A DNA stretch of 64,000 nucleotides from Candidatus Poribacteria bacterium. Its GTDB lineage: Bacteria > Poribacteria > WGA-4E > PCPOR2b. This document shows, piece after piece, positions 1 through 11,227 of the stretch. The position numbers were made by a program, and so were the translations under genes. The notes under the pieces were generated by a model. That model searched no databases, had not been told where the DNA came from, and saw only the letters and a program-made list of their open reading frames with translations. Position 1 is the first letter of the stretch, and every line of letters starts with the position of its first letter. The DNA lies in NCBI GenBank assembly GCA_965208675.1, contig OZ242351.1, forward strand, positions 1,280,001-1,344,000. Reading direction: 5' to 3'.

Positions 1-2
1 AC

Positions 3-125
3 GGAAAGATAAGCGATTACAAGCACTATATTCCGCCCGGTAAGTGGAAAAATGATGATGCCCTGGAAAAGGTGCCGACGCGGGCACCCCAAGCCGCTTC
101 CATTTCATCGTTAGGTCTTCAATAG
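3..125 (+). CDS. 3' end of a gene entering from the left edge (unknown product)
   Basis: Open frame GKISDYKHYIPPGKWK...SLGLQ ending TAG at 123-125; too short to assign. Confidence 0.35.
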   Translation, partial: GKISDYKHYIPPGKWKNDDALEKVPTRAPQAASISSLGLQ

Positions 126-238
126 TAAATCCCCGAGCATTGTGCCATGAACGTATTCGCGCTCGACATCCTTGCTCGTGTAAACTTTCCACATCGTTTT
201 CCAGATTGACTCTTTAGAACGCTAAAAGAAGGCTAAAG

Positions 239-2017
239 ATGCGCATTCGCACCCGACTTATCTGGAATTATATTGCCATTGTGCTGGTAATTTTGCCGGC
301 AATATCGCTATACCTAAATCATGCGCTCAAACAGATGCTGGATAAAAGAATCACCGACGAATTGAGAGTTCAAGTAAATTTGACGCGTGAGATTCTGATT
401 AAAACGCTACCCAGAACACTTGATTACAACACAATAGATGGGCTTCTGGATAAACTCGGTGAGGCCGCCGCCGCGCGGCTTACCTTCATCGGGATTGATG
501 GAACTGTGTGGGGGGACACTGAACGGGATGGCATTTCTTTGCGGGAAATGGACAATCACCTAAATCGACCGGAGGTACAAGATGCCGTAAATAGTGGAAG
601 TGGCGTTGCCGATCGACACAGCACTACTATTGAAACCTCTCTGCGTTATTATGCATTGCCGGTCTTTCGCGGAACGGAGTTAATTGGCATCTGCCGGGCG
701 GCATTGCCTATGCGTGACGTCAATGCTGCAATTTCCCGTTTTACCCGTGTCGTGGTAATGGCATGCGGCGCCGGCTTAATTGCCGTAATTCTTTGGAGTA
801 TCGTGTCCACAGGACGAACCGCGAAACCCATACAGGAGCTAGTTCAAACTGCGAAAGCTATTTCGAAAGGCGATGTCACTGCGCGAGTCGGAACATCAAC
901 ATCAGGTGAGCTCGCTCAACTGTACCGCCATTTCAATCAGATGGCGCATCGCGTTGAAACGCAAATCAATGAACTCTCTCAAGAGCGGAATCGGTTCGAT
1001 GCCATTTTGTCCAATATGATTGAGGGTGTCCTGCTCATTGGACCGCGGTTTGACATCACCTACGCAAATCCGGCCGCATCAGAATTGTTGAATCTACCCG
1101 ATGATTCTGAGGGTCGTAACTTGGTTGAGGCCTTTCGCAATCCGGATCTGCAACACCTATTAGAACAGGGCAGAGACACAAAATCCCATAAGATGGCGGA
1201 GATTCGATGGATTACCGGGATTGAAGGTCGCGACGCTGAGATTACCGTAGCACCCATTACCGACCGGACAAGTACGAAACTCGGATACGTTGTTGTTCTC
1301 CACGACGTGAGCCAGATACGACGTCTTGAACGCACGAGATCGGATTTCGTCACCAATGTCTCCCACGAACTCCGCACTCCCTTGACATCCATCCAGGGTT
1401 ATGTAGAAACACTTCTCAACGGGGATATTAAGGATTCACCCACCAGCCAGCGTTTTCTAGCTAAGATTTTACACCAGTCATCGCAAGTCTCACGGTTAAT
1501 ATCCGATTTACTGGATTTATCCCGCCTCGAGTCAGGTGCGGTCCAACTCAAATTAGAACAGTGCACTCTCATAAATTTTCAATATACGCTTTTGGACATC
1601 TTTGAACCCGCGTTGGAAGAATCGAATTTAACGCTTACTTGCAACATTCCTGCGGACCTGCCAACATTACTTGTGGATAAACGACGGTTGGAACAAGTGT
1701 TAATCAACCTGATTGACAACGCCATCAAATATACACCTAAGGGCGGCTGTATCAACGTATCCGCGGAAGCAAACGCATCGGAGGTGCTGGTGCACGTGCG
1801 GGACACCGGAATTGGCATTCCATCAGATGCGCTTCCACGAATCTTTGAACGGTTTTACCGCGTCGACAAGGGTCGTTCCAGCGAGATGGAGGGAACAGGA
1901 TTGGGGCTTTCAATTTCCAAACATATTTTGTTGCAGCATCACGGTCGAATCTGGGCGGAGAGCAACCTCGGCGCAGGCACAGTGTTTCATTTCGCTTTGC
2001 CTTTGCAAAACGGCTAA
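239..2017 (+). CDS. phoR: Phosphate regulon sensor histidine kinase (HAMP-PAS-HisKA-HATPase)
   Basis: Two TM segments, FVTNVSHELRTPLT H-box, NLIDNAIKY N-box, DTGIGI, FYRVDKGRS, GTGLGLSI; next to the pst operon. Confidence 0.9.
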   Translation: MRIRTRLIWNYIAIVLVILPAISLYLNHALKQMLDKRITDELRVQVNLTREILIKTLPRTLDYNTIDGLLDKLGEAAAARLTFIGIDGTVWGDTERDGISLREMDNHLNRPEVQDAVNSGSGVADRHSTTIETSLRYYALPVFRGTELIGICRAALPMRDVNAAISRFTRVVVMACGAGLIAVILWSIVSTGRTAKPIQELVQTAKAISKGDVTARVGTSTSGELAQLYRHFNQMAHRVETQINELSQERNRFDAILSNMIEGVLLIGPRFDITYANPAASELLNLPDDSEGRNLVEAFRNPDLQHLLEQGRDTKSHKMAEIRWITGIEGRDAEITVAPITDRTSTKLGYVVVLHDVSQIRRLERTRSDFVTNVSHELRTPLTSIQGYVETLLNGDIKDSPTSQRFLAKILHQSSQVSRLISDLLDLSRLESGAVQLKLEQCTLINFQYTLLDIFEPALEESNLTLTCNIPADLPTLLVDKRRLEQVLINLIDNAIKYTPKGGCINVSAEANASEVLVHVRDTGIGIPSDALPRIFERFYRVDKGRSSEMEGTGLGLSISKHILLQHHGRIWAESNLGAGTVFHFALPLQNG

Positions 2018-2122
2018 TTTTGCCGCAATCCGCTGCACCTGTCTGAATATCTAATTGACTTGAAGGTGCCAGCTATTGAAAACCGCTTTCTGACGCACAG
2101 GAAGAACGGAGGGATTAATGAT

Positions 2123-2809
2123 ATGGCGATGAAAATCCTAATTGTGGAAGATGACCGTAACATCTCCGAACTACTCACAAGTCATTTTGACAGGGCGGGA
2201 TTCGAAACAGAGGCGGTTTACGACGGGGAAAACGCTCTCTTGAAAGCAGGAAAAACGCAGCCGAATCTAATCATTTTGGATCTACTGCTACCGGAGGTGG
2301 ATGGGATTGAGGTCTGCCGCATGTTGAAACGCAATCCGGAGACGCAACGGATTCCGGTTGTGATGCTTACAGCCAAAGGAGAGGAGGTAGATCGGATTGT
2401 TGGGCTTGAATTGGGAGCGGACGATTACATCACCAAACCCTTCAGTCCGAGAGAACTTGTGCTGCGGGTTCAAGCCATACTTCGCCGCATTACCGGCAAT
2501 CGAAACGAATCAGCCGCCTCAAAGCTCCGGCTCAACGGATTAACAATCGATCTGGAGAAGCATCAAGCCTTCAGTCAAGAGCGGTCAATTGATTTGACAT
2601 CGACTGAATTCAAGATGCTGACGTTATTCGCCGGTTCACCGGGGCGTGTATTTACACGGAACATTCTGATTGATGTAGTTTGGGGACAGGAGTACTACGG
2701 CGTGGATCGCACGATTGACACGCATATCAGCCGCCTAAGACGCAAGCTAGGCGGATTTGGCGATTTAATCGAAACCGTGCACGGCGTGGGATATCGATTT
2801 AAAACGTAG
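2123..2809 (+). CDS. phoB: OmpR/PhoB-family response regulator
   Basis: ILIVEDD, LDLLLP, MLTAKGEEVDRIVGLELGADDYITKPFS, winged-helix RTIDTHISRLRRKL; GGAGG RBS before ATG 2123. Confidence 0.88.
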   Translation: MAMKILIVEDDRNISELLTSHFDRAGFETEAVYDGENALLKAGKTQPNLIILDLLLPEVDGIEVCRMLKRNPETQRIPVVMLTAKGEEVDRIVGLELGADDYITKPFSPRELVLRVQAILRRITGNRNESAASKLRLNGLTIDLEKHQAFSQERSIDLTSTEFKMLTLFAGSPGRVFTRNILIDVVWGQEYYGVDRTIDTHISRLRRKLGGFGDLIETVHGVGYRFKT

Positions 2810-2821
2810 CGTCCGCGAGAG

Positions 2822-3502
2822 CTATTCCGTTTTGTCTTTAAGTTTCGACGCACGCGGATGCCGAATCACATCGCCTTCAACCAAATAGTACACCTCTTCG
2901 CCAATATTTGCCGCCAAATCGCCAATCCGCTCCATATGTCGGAAGAGCAGTAACGTGCTGATGCCAGGCCGGATGAGTTCAGGCCGCTCAATCATATAGG
3001 TCAGCAACTCGCGCAAAGTCTGGTCGTAGATGGCGTCAACCTGCTTATCTCGTTCCCGCACCTCCTGCGCTAAGACTGCGTCGCGGTTTACAAATGCGTC
3101 GAGACAGTCTTTCACCATTTCCTGGACAATTCCCGCGACGCGCGGCAAGTCTATAAACGGTTTAACCGGCGCATGTTCCATTAATTCAAGGCATCGCTGC
3201 GCGATATCGACCGCCTTGTCTGCCATCCGCTCAAGGTCGCGGTTTATCTTCATCGCCATCGTGAGAAAACGGACATCTGACGCCGCGGGCTGGTGGAGGG
3301 CAATGAGTTGAATGCAGTATTCTTCAATTTCATTCTCAAGCGCATCGGCTTCGTCATCATGGTCAATGACCTCCTGCGCAAGCTCCCCGTTGCGGTTGAG
3401 AACAGACTCGACCGCCCGGTGTAGCATATCTTCCGCAAGGCCCCCGAGCCGGAGCAGTTTCTGTTGAAGTTCTCTTAATTCGAGTTCAAAACGCCGCTGC
3501 AT
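2822..3502 (-). CDS. phoU: Phosphate signalling protein PhoU
   Basis: QPAASDVR, DLERMADKA, MERIGDLAANIGE; follows pstB. Confidence 0.95.
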   Translation of the reverse strand: MQRRFELELRELQQKLLRLGGLAEDMLHRAVESVLNRNGELAQEVIDHDDEADALENEIEEYCIQLIALHQPAASDVRFLTMAMKINRDLERMADKAVDIAQRCLELMEHAPVKPFIDLPRVAGIVQEMVKDCLDAFVNRDAVLAQEVRERDKQVDAIYDQTLRELLTYMIERPELIRPGISTLLLFRHMERIGDLAANIGEEVYYLVEGDVIRHPRASKLKDKTE

Positions 3503-3653
3503 CGTAACACCTCCCTTTGCCGGATGATGCTAATTCACGCAACCCTTTCATCAAAATATTTCAGGGCTTATCACGTGCCTAAGGAATCGGTAACACATTC
3601 GTGATGGACCGCCGTTCGGGCTGCTTGCTCGCCAAAAAAACATTCAACGTCCA

Positions 3654-4433
3654 TTAACCAAACTTGCCTGTGATGTAAGCCTCTGTCCTTGAGTCTCCCG
3701 GATTGGTAAATATCTTTTCTGTCGCATCAAACTCAATCATCTCGCCGAGATAGAGAAAAGCGGTAAAATCCGAGACGCGCGCCGCCTGCTGCATGTTGTG
3801 CGTGACGATTAGCACCGTATAGTTGTCTTTCAGTTCCAGTATCAACTCCTCAATTTTGCCCGTCGCAATTGGATCGAGCGCCGAACACGGTTCATCCAGC
3901 AACAACACCTCCGGCTCAATGGCAAGTGTCCTTGCAATGCAAAGCCGCTGTTGTTGTCCACCGGAAAGGGCGTACGCGTTGTCTTTGAGCTTGCTCTCAA
4001 CCTCATCCCAAAGCGCAGCCTTCTTCAGACTCTCTTCAACTATCGTATCAAGCTCAAGACGATTGCGAATCCCCGAAATTCTAGGGCCGTAAGCCACATT
4101 TTCGTAGATTGATTTTGGAAACGGGTTTTGCTTTTGAAAGACCATTCCGAGCCGCAAACGCACCTCTACCGGATCAATTGCGGGAGAGTATAAATCCTCG
4201 CCCTCCAACTGGATTTGTCCCTCGAGATTAAAAGAAGGGATGAAGTCGTTCATGCGGTTGAAACACCGGATGAGCGTACTCTTGCCGCATCCGGACGGAC
4301 CAATCAACGCGGTCACTTTGTAACGTTCAATTTCAAATGATATATCTTTCAGCGCCTGTGTGGTGCCATACCAAGCGTTGACATTCTGCACATTCAAGAT
4401 GGTATCTACTTTGTCGGGTTGCCTGTCGTTCAT
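3654..4433 (-). CDS. pstB: Phosphate ABC transporter ATPase
   Basis: [51 protein letters not shown] end. Confidence 0.97.
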   Translation of the reverse strand: MNDRQPDKVDTILNVQNVNAWYGTTQALKDISFEIERYKVTALIGPSGCGKSTLIRCFNRMNDFIPSFNLEGQIQLEGEDLYSPAIDPVEVRLRLGMVFQKQNPFPKSIYENVAYGPRISGIRNRLELDTIVEESLKKAALWDEVESKLKDNAYALSGGQQQRLCIARTLAIEPEVLLLDEPCSALDPIATGKIEELILELKDNYTVLIVTHNMQQAARVSDFTAFLYLGEMIEFDATEKIFTNPGDSRTEAYITGKFG

Positions 4434-4439
4434 CGTTCC

Positions 4440-5318
4440 TCACAAATACTGTTTCTGAAAACGGTTGCGCAAAAAGATAGCGAGTGCATTCAAAAGGAGC
4501 GTCGCCGCCAACAGGACCACGATTCCTGCTGCCGCATTGGTAAGAAATTCTTTCTGCGGTTTGTCAACCCAATTGAAAATCTGAATGGGCAAAACCGTAA
4601 ATCGGGAGAGTAATCCGCCGGGCGGATGCGTGACGAACGTCAGTGCCCCGATCATAATCAATGGAGCCGTCTCACCAATAGCACGGGAAATGGCAAGGAT
4701 TATGCCGGTGAGAATCCCCGGAAATGCCATGGGCAAGACATGGTGGCTTGTAGTCTGCCAACGCGAGGCGCCTAATGCGTACGCCGCTTCGCGAATCGTA
4801 GACGGTACCGACCGAATCGCCTCGCGAGCCGATATTATGATAATCGGAAGTACCAGTAACGCCAATGTTAACGCCCCCGCTAGAAGGCTCTTATCTAACC
4901 GCATTGCCCTAACAAACAGCCCCAATCCTAAAAGCCCGTAGATAATCGAAGGCACCCCTGCTAAATTTGCAACATTTACTTCAATGATGCGGCTAATCCG
5001 GCTGGATTGATTCGTATATTCTTCTAGGTAGATTGCTGCGCCCACACCTAGAGGCACCGCAATTAACGCCGTTAGGATTATTAGGTATACACTCCCGGCC
5101 AGCGCAGACAAAATCCCGGCTAGCTCGGGTTTTCGGGAAGGAAAGTTCGTCAAAAATTCCCAACTGAGTCGTGGAACTCCGTCGATTAACGCATCAAGCA
5201 GCAACGCTCCCAAGGTGATAAGCGCAATCAATACGCCAATTGCCGCAGCAAGTTGAAAAATTCGATCGTTCCACTTTTGTCGGACCAGTAACGTCTTGAG
5301 TCGCGTTTTCGATATCAT
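4440..5318 (-). CDS. pstA: Phosphate ABC transporter permease PstA
   Basis: [34 protein letters not shown]. Confidence 0.95.
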   Translation of the reverse strand: MISKTRLKTLLVRQKWNDRIFQLAAAIGVLIALITLGALLLDALIDGVPRLSWEFLTNFPSRKPELAGILSALAGSVYLIILTALIAVPLGVGAAIYLEEYTNQSSRISRIIEVNVANLAGVPSIIYGLLGLGLFVRAMRLDKSLLAGALTLALLVLPIIIISAREAIRSVPSTIREAAYALGASRWQTTSHHVLPMAFPGILTGIILAISRAIGETAPLIMIGALTFVTHPPGGLLSRFTVLPIQIFNWVDKPQKEFLTNAAAGIVVLLAATLLLNALAIFLRNRFQKQYL

Positions 5319-6277
5319 TCGTACCTCTCCCTGAAGCGCTGACGCATCCGGTCGCCGACGATGTTGAGTACGAACGTTGACAAAAACAACACCATACCCA
5401 CCGCAAAAATCGTGCGGTATTCGAGCGTGCCGCTCGGCGTGTCGCCAAAACTGACTTCAACAATGAAAGCGGTCATCGTCTCAATGGCAACCAGTGGATT
5501 AAACGTGAAAGTAGGTTTCTTGCCCGCGGCAATCGTGACCAACATCGTCTCACCAATAGCGCGGGAAACCGCGATAACAATTGACGCCGTGATGCCGGAG
5601 AACGCCGCTGGAACGACAACCCGCCATGCTACCTGAAGGCGCGAAGACCCTAACGCATAGGCTGCATCACGCAAACTGCGGGGCACTGCGTACATCGCAT
5701 CCTCGCTGAGCGAGGAGACTAACGGGAGTATCATAATGCCCATTACAATACCGGGCGAGAGCGCGTTAAACGGCTCAAGGGAAGGAATCAGACGCTGTAA
5801 GAGCGGCGTGACAAATAGCAGGGCAAAGTAGCCATAGACAATTGTGGGAACGCCGGCTAATATCTCCAAGATGGGTTTCAACACGCGCCGCAGTCTATCC
5901 GGGGCATATTCGCTCAAAAAAATCGCCGTCAACAGCCCCAAGGGTACCGCGGTGAGCACGGCGATTAGCGATATTAAGGCAGTTCCTGACAGAAGCGGCA
6001 GCACTCCAAAGCTTTTGTTGGCGAATGCAGGAGTCCACACTGTACCGGTTAGGAATTCAAAGACCGAAACCTCTTTAAAAAAGGTGAGTGTCTCAAACAA
6101 GAGCACGCCGATGATGCCAACGGTCGTTAGGACAGAGAGCAGGCCACACGCCAAAAGGCTAAATTCAATGATTCGCTCAATGATTCGAGTTATCTTTTTC
6201 TGCTTCTTTTTCATAGGAATCGGTAATCGAGATTCTGGCGTTCCATGAAAAACATGATAAACCCCCTCGCCGTTCAA
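5315..6277 (-). CDS. pstC: Phosphate ABC transporter permease PstC (start may be ATG at 6214)
   Basis: [36 protein letters not shown]; 4-bp overlap with pstA. Confidence 0.95.
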   Translation of the reverse strand: MNGEGVYHVFHGTPESRLPIPMKKKQKKITRIIERIIEFSLLACGLLSVLTTVGIIGVLLFETLTFFKEVSVFEFLTGTVWTPAFANKSFGVLPLLSGTALISLIAVLTAVPLGLLTAIFLSEYAPDRLRRVLKPILEILAGVPTIVYGYFALLFVTPLLQRLIPSLEPFNALSPGIVMGIMILPLVSSLSEDAMYAVPRSLRDAAYALGSSRLQVAWRVVVPAAFSGITASIVIAVSRAIGETMLVTIAAGKKPTFTFNPLVAIETMTAFIVEVSFGDTPSGTLEYRTIFAVGMVLFLSTFVLNIVGDRMRQRFRERYE

Positions 6278-6298
6278 CCGCGGGATGCTGAGAACCCC

Positions 6299-7306
6299 TT
6301 AATTAATATCGCCACGGAGAACTTCATCAATCGAAACTCCCACTGTCGATCCTTTACCGCCAAAGACTGAACCGGTGACGCGCTTTCGAAAACGGTCCAA
6401 GGTGAGTTGGTATGTCTCGTCAGGAAGCGGAATGTAGTCAACTTCCTCCGTCAAAGTTTTCGCGTGCTTCAGGTAAAACTCAACGAATTTTTCAACTTCA
6501 GGACGATCGGCGGACTGCTTGCTGACGTAGATGAAAATTGGCCGCGAGAGCGGCTGATAGGTCGCATTTTTGACTGTCTCAAGCGATGGAGCGATAGGAC
6601 CGTCGCCGTTGTCCGTTTTCTCATCATCAATGGGAACCAGCTTCAGAATATCCCGGTTCGCTTCGTAGTAGGCGAGTCCAAAGACACCGAGCGCGTATCG
6701 ATCTCGGGCTACTGCCTGCACAAGTACATTGTCATTTTCGCTAGCGACAAAATCGCCGCGGCTCGCCCCTTCTTCACCGCAGACAGCTTTCGTAAAGTAG
6801 TCATAGGAACCAGAATCCACCCCCGGACCAGCCAGCGAGATCTTCTTGTTGGGCCATTCGGGCCGAATTTGATTCCAATGTAAAATTTCTCCCTGTGCGT
6901 CCGGCTCCCAAAGCTTTTTCAGTTCCACAACAGTCATGTCATCCACCCAACCATTTTGCGGGTTGACTGTAACCGCTAGACCGTCGAACGCCACCGGCAA
7001 CTCGATGTATTCGATGCCGTTCTTCTTGCACAATTCAACCTCCGTGGGTTTGATGGGCCGCGACGCATTGGTCACGTCTGTTTCGCCGCGCCCGAATTGC
7101 TTAAATCCGCCGCCGGTTCCGGAGATGCCAACAATTACTCTGAGTTCGCGATTTTCCTTCTGGAACTCCTCAGCCACTGCTTCAGTGATTGGATAGACGG
7201 TGCTCGATCCATCCACTTCAATCAACAAGGATTCGTCGCCGCAGCCGCTGTTTAACGCGCTCAATAGGAGCGCAAGTGGGCCGAACAAAATTAATTTTTT
7301 AAACAT
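6299..7306 (-). CDS. pstS: Phosphate-binding protein PstS (probable lipoprotein)
   Basis: Signal peptide ending [37 protein letters not shown]. Confidence 0.95.
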   Translation of the reverse strand: MFKKLILFGPLALLLSALNSGCGDESLLIEVDGSSTVYPITEAVAEEFQKENRELRVIVGISGTGGGFKQFGRGETDVTNASRPIKPTEVELCKKNGIEYIELPVAFDGLAVTVNPQNGWVDDMTVVELKKLWEPDAQGEILHWNQIRPEWPNKKISLAGPGVDSGSYDYFTKAVCGEEGASRGDFVASENDNVLVQAVARDRYALGVFGLAYYEANRDILKLVPIDDEKTDNGDGPIAPSLETVKNATYQPLSRPIFIYVSKQSADRPEVEKFVEFYLKHAKTLTEEVDYIPLPDETYQLTLDRFRKRVTGSVFGGKGSTVGVSIDEVLRGDIN

Positions 7307-7436
7307 AATGAACCACTCACCTCTCTTCCACCGGATAATTCCGCCGAATAAGTGTTTTGTTCCAAGAATAGTTAGGAGGTTCTCGTCTCCCTGAAAATCG
7401 GTTTGCGTATAACCGCCGTTTGATGAACGCTTTTTA

Positions 7437-7470
7437 AGTCTAACACTCAGATGTTACAAATATATGACAT
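7437..7470 (-). promoter_or_regulatory. Pho box plus extended -10 promoter of pstSCAB-phoU
   Basis: Minus strand aTGTCATatattTGTAACa (TGTCA/TGTAA 11 nt apart, as in the PhoB consensus), followed by TGtTAGACT. Confidence 0.8.
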
Positions 7471-7588
7471 TTCTGCAAATCTGAAAATAAAATTAGGGCG
7501 ACTCCGTTAAAGCCGTTAATCGTACCACAAACACCACGCAACGCAAACATGAACTTACCTGCCTAAAACTCTGTAAGGGTTTCATGAA

Positions 7589-8389
7589 CTAACCCATACA
7601 TATCCCGCCATCCACGTGGATGCTCTGACCGGTGATGTTCCTCGCCTCCTCCGATGCCAAAAACACCACCAAGTTGCCGATGTCCTCCGGCGTCTGCTCG
7701 CGTTGTAGGGGCGTGTTATGCTTTACCCACTCCTCAAACAGCTCACGCGGCGCAAGATTTGCATACGCTGGATTGCCGCGAGTTATGAGCGGTGCGAGCT
7801 TCTGCCAGAAGGCGGTCCAAACCAAACCCGGACAGACCGCATTGACATTGATGTTATACGCTCCCAAATCTTTTGCTACTAGCCGCGTCAGGTTCAACAA
7901 GGCGTTCTTTGCAGCCGCATACGCCGGCGCAATCTGTGGATCTCGCTTCGCTGCAATGGAAGAGATGTTGATTATCTTCCCATACTTCCGATCCATCATA
8001 TGCGCCGCAACGGCTTTGCAGAGGAAAAACGGCCCCTTTACGTTTACCGCATAGTTGTCGTCCCAGTCCGCTTCTGTCTGGTTCGTGAAAGGAAGCCCCA
8101 ACTGCTCACCAAAATGTCCCGCGTTATTAACGAGAATGTCTACAACCCCGAACGCTTCTAACGCCGAATCTACCAGATTCTGGCAGTCCTCCTCGTTCGT
8201 CACATCTGTCCGAACTGCTAGTCCACGCTGTCCCATCGCTTCTAATGTCTCGACACATCCCTTCGCAGCATCTAAATTCATGTCAGACGCTACCACATCC
8301 GCACCTTCCCTTGCGAGGCATGCACAAATCCCGCGCCCCATTCCGCCGCCGGCACCAGTCACGATAGCAATTTTGCCCTTCAATCGCAT
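7589..8389 (-). CDS. Short-chain dehydrogenase/reductase
   Basis: TGAGGGMG, NNAG, catalytic YAAAK, ITGQSIHVDGG. Confidence 0.92.
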   Translation of the reverse strand: MRLKGKIAIVTGAGGGMGRGICACLAREGADVVASDMNLDAAKGCVETLEAMGQRGLAVRTDVTNEEDCQNLVDSALEAFGVVDILVNNAGHFGEQLGLPFTNQTEADWDDNYAVNVKGPFFLCKAVAAHMMDRKYGKIINISSIAAKRDPQIAPAYAAAKNALLNLTRLVAKDLGAYNINVNAVCPGLVWTAFWQKLAPLITRGNPAYANLAPRELFEEWVKHNTPLQREQTPEDIGNLVVFLASEEARNITGQSIHVDGGICMG

Positions 8390-8981
8390 CTAAAACTCCT
8401 TTCCATGATAGGAGAAAAACACGTTATCCTCTAAAGACGCGCCTAGTTGCCGCATCTCTTCAATTTGGGACATTTACCGAACGACTTGAAGTATTGATTC
8501 ATTCACAGCACGAACCGTTCTGCTCTATTTGCCCTCTGTTTTGCCCACTTCTTCTCCCTTTGTTGTGTCAATCTGTCAGCGTTACTGCTGCGCAGTGAGA
8601 ATTAAATTGGTCGCTTGTTATCCGCAACTTGTACCTACCCAAATGATATGCACGCGAAATCCTAGGATTATCATCCAATCTATGATTATACATCATTTAA
8701 ACCCTAAGTGACAATTGGGAATTTTCGGCAATTCACAGTTTAATCACCAATGTTCGGTATTATTCTATAAACCCACAAACATCGATTTGTGACACTTGTG
8801 CTACGAAGTTGTATCACTCTTGCAACAGGTTGCCCTTATGCGGTTTTCATCTTCCTATCTCCCACTGAATTGTAGCGTTGGCATCTGAATTGCTACCTAT
8901 ATTTTTTAACTTGGCATATGAGGGTTGCTATGATATACTCTCAAAAATCGTACACAAACTATAGTGAAAGGAATGAGCGCC

Positions 8982-9548
8982 ATGAAGAACCTTGCTCTGA
9001 CAGCCGCATTGCTATTGGCTGTGCTGATTGCGGCAGGGTGTTACACCCAAGTCGGTTACTATGAATCCCGTTTCGAAAAACCATCAGCGTACCGCCAGCA
9101 CAAAAAGGACTCGGAGGAGCAATCCAAACACGATAAGCGGGCGCGCCTAGAATCGAAACCCGAAGAGGGAGTAGAACGCGAAGATACTGACGCGGATCGT
9201 GTGCACGTAGAGGAAGATGAAGGATATTACGGACGCCGCAAACCCGCATATAGCAGATACCCGCGTTATCACAGACCCTACTATCGTTATCACAGACCTT
9301 TCTATTACGATTACTACTATCCACCTACATATCGGTATTACCCGTATTATCCGTATTATTCTTATGGAGGCTATTACAGTTTTTATCCATATCGCCCCTA
9401 TAGGTATAGCGGTTATCATCGGCATTACGGTGGAAAATACGGTCGCCATCATCGTTATGGCGGGACTCGCTCAAGCCGCACCTACAAAAATCGTGACGCG
9501 CATCACGGAAAAAAACGTTCACGGCAGTACCGCGGCAGATCGCATTGA
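8982..9548 (+). CDS. Tyr/Arg/His-rich low-complexity lipoprotein
   Basis: Signal peptide with lipobox IAAG-C(YTQ); YYP/YR/YG-rich core and basic tail; AAAGGA RBS. Confidence 0.7.
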   Translation: MKNLALTAALLLAVLIAAGCYTQVGYYESRFEKPSAYRQHKKDSEEQSKHDKRARLESKPEEGVEREDTDADRVHVEEDEGYYGRRKPAYSRYPRYHRPYYRYHRPFYYDYYYPPTYRYYPYYPYYSYGGYYSFYPYRPYRYSGYHRHYGGKYGRHHRYGGTRSSRTYKNRDAHHGKKRSRQYRGRSH

Positions 9549-9645
9549 ATGCTGATTTCATGAGCCTTGCCAATATCAGAAGTGAAAAATCTGCATCACA
9601 ACACCTAACGATAGTTGCGACAAATTGACAGGAGGCATGAATCCG

Positions 9646-10938
9646 ATGAGAAGGACGATTAAACGCACCACCATTTTGAGTTTCACACTACTCGGTCTTA
9701 CAATGTGGGGAATCGTAGCAGTCGCACAAACCGAAGAAATTGCCGTCGGCAACACATTCGGGCTTGGCGCAAGAGCAATGGGTATGGGCGGCACGTTCGT
9801 AAGTATCGCCGATGATTTTACAACGCTGTACTGGAATCCCGCAGGCCTTGCTCAGATACGGAAATTCGAGCTGTTTTCTAGTTTCTCGCACAACGAAATG
9901 GACACTGAAACTCAGTTTGCACAAGCGAGAGAAACAACAGATGCTGGCAGATCAAAAACTCGACCAAATTCAATCGGCCTGGTCTATCCGTTATACACAA
10001 CCCGTGGCGGCATGGCAATAGCAATAGGATATAACCGCCCTCAAAACTTCGATTCGCGCATTGTGGTTAAAGGATTAGACCCCTCTAATGACCCTGTCTT
10101 CGGCGGCTTTGATGTCGATGAATCAAACAGCTATAAAGGGGGAATCGGCATCTGGAGTTTAGGTACAGGCGTCTATGTGTCTGAGAATATCATTCTTGGC
10201 GGTGCGTTGGACTACTGGTATGGCAAAAGCCTTAACGAATTAGACAGCAACGCCGCCGATGTCAACGGCATCGACATGGAAATTGCACGCATGGAGTTTC
10301 TCGACACCGTCGATCGGGAGTATGCTGGATTGGGTGCTAGAGTTGGCGCATTAGCCCATTTAAGTGAGCAAGTGACGCTCGGCTTGACGGCGATCTTTCC
10401 AATGAACCTAGAAATCTACGAATTTTGGAGTCAAGGAACTATCGTATCGTTTGATGACGGTGAACAGGAAAGCGATTATACCGAGGGTGATATTGAGTAC
10501 AATATCGAACGCCCCATTGAGTTTAACACCGGAATCGCCGTCAAACTTTTGGAAAAACGTTTAACTCTCGCCGCCGATGTCCAGTTTTCGGATTGGACGC
10601 AAACTGTTTACAATCCGCCTCCGGCGGAAGATATTTCCAGCGGCTATTTTGAGGAACTGTATGATAGCACTTTCCAAGTTCGCGCGGGTGCAGAGTATCA
10701 TGTATCGGAAATTGACACCCGGTTCCGCGCCGGTTTTGTCCACGATCCCATCCCTTATCGTGGAAAAGACATTGAAAGCGATCGAAATTTCCTAACCCTT
10801 GGTGTTGGAAAGATTTTTGACCAAACTGTCAAAATTGATGCTGCTTATATGCTCGGTTCATGGCAGCAATCGGATGGGACATTGTCAGAAAAGCGCACCG
10901 ACCATCGTATTTTCGTGTCCGCTGCATATCGGTACTGA
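9646..10938 (+). CDS. Outer-membrane beta-barrel, OmpP1/FadL/PorV-like
   Basis: Signal peptide, GARAMGMGG...ADD...YWNPAGL signature, C-terminal AAYRY beta-signal. Confidence 0.85.
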   Translation: MRRTIKRTTILSFTLLGLTMWGIVAVAQTEEIAVGNTFGLGARAMGMGGTFVSIADDFTTLYWNPAGLAQIRKFELFSSFSHNEMDTETQFAQARETTDAGRSKTRPNSIGLVYPLYTTRGGMAIAIGYNRPQNFDSRIVVKGLDPSNDPVFGGFDVDESNSYKGGIGIWSLGTGVYVSENIILGGALDYWYGKSLNELDSNAADVNGIDMEIARMEFLDTVDREYAGLGARVGALAHLSEQVTLGLTAIFPMNLEIYEFWSQGTIVSFDDGEQESDYTEGDIEYNIERPIEFNTGIAVKLLEKRLTLAADVQFSDWTQTVYNPPPAEDISSGYFEELYDSTFQVRAGAEYHVSEIDTRFRAGFVHDPIPYRGKDIESDRNFLTLGVGKIFDQTVKIDAAYMLGSWQQSDGTLSEKRTDHRIFVSAAYRY

Positions 10939-11227
10939 ACTGTTTCGTAACGCACAACTTCCAGATTAACAAACCGATGCGCGAAGAATTCCGCAGTTTT
11001 TGGTGCACTGCACCGCCGGAAGTCATACCTGCGTCACCGCAATCTTAACCTCATTCTTGGTCGGGTTGGCTTATATCCGCCGCTTAATTTTTACGCCAAA
11101 ATTCATTGCACTCGCCGCTCATGATTGTGATGTAATAGACGTAATCACGCAAGAGTGGCGTACCTAGATCGAAATTGATAATATTCACGCTATCGTGCCG
11201 ATAGGGACGAAAATCGGAGGCAAAGTA

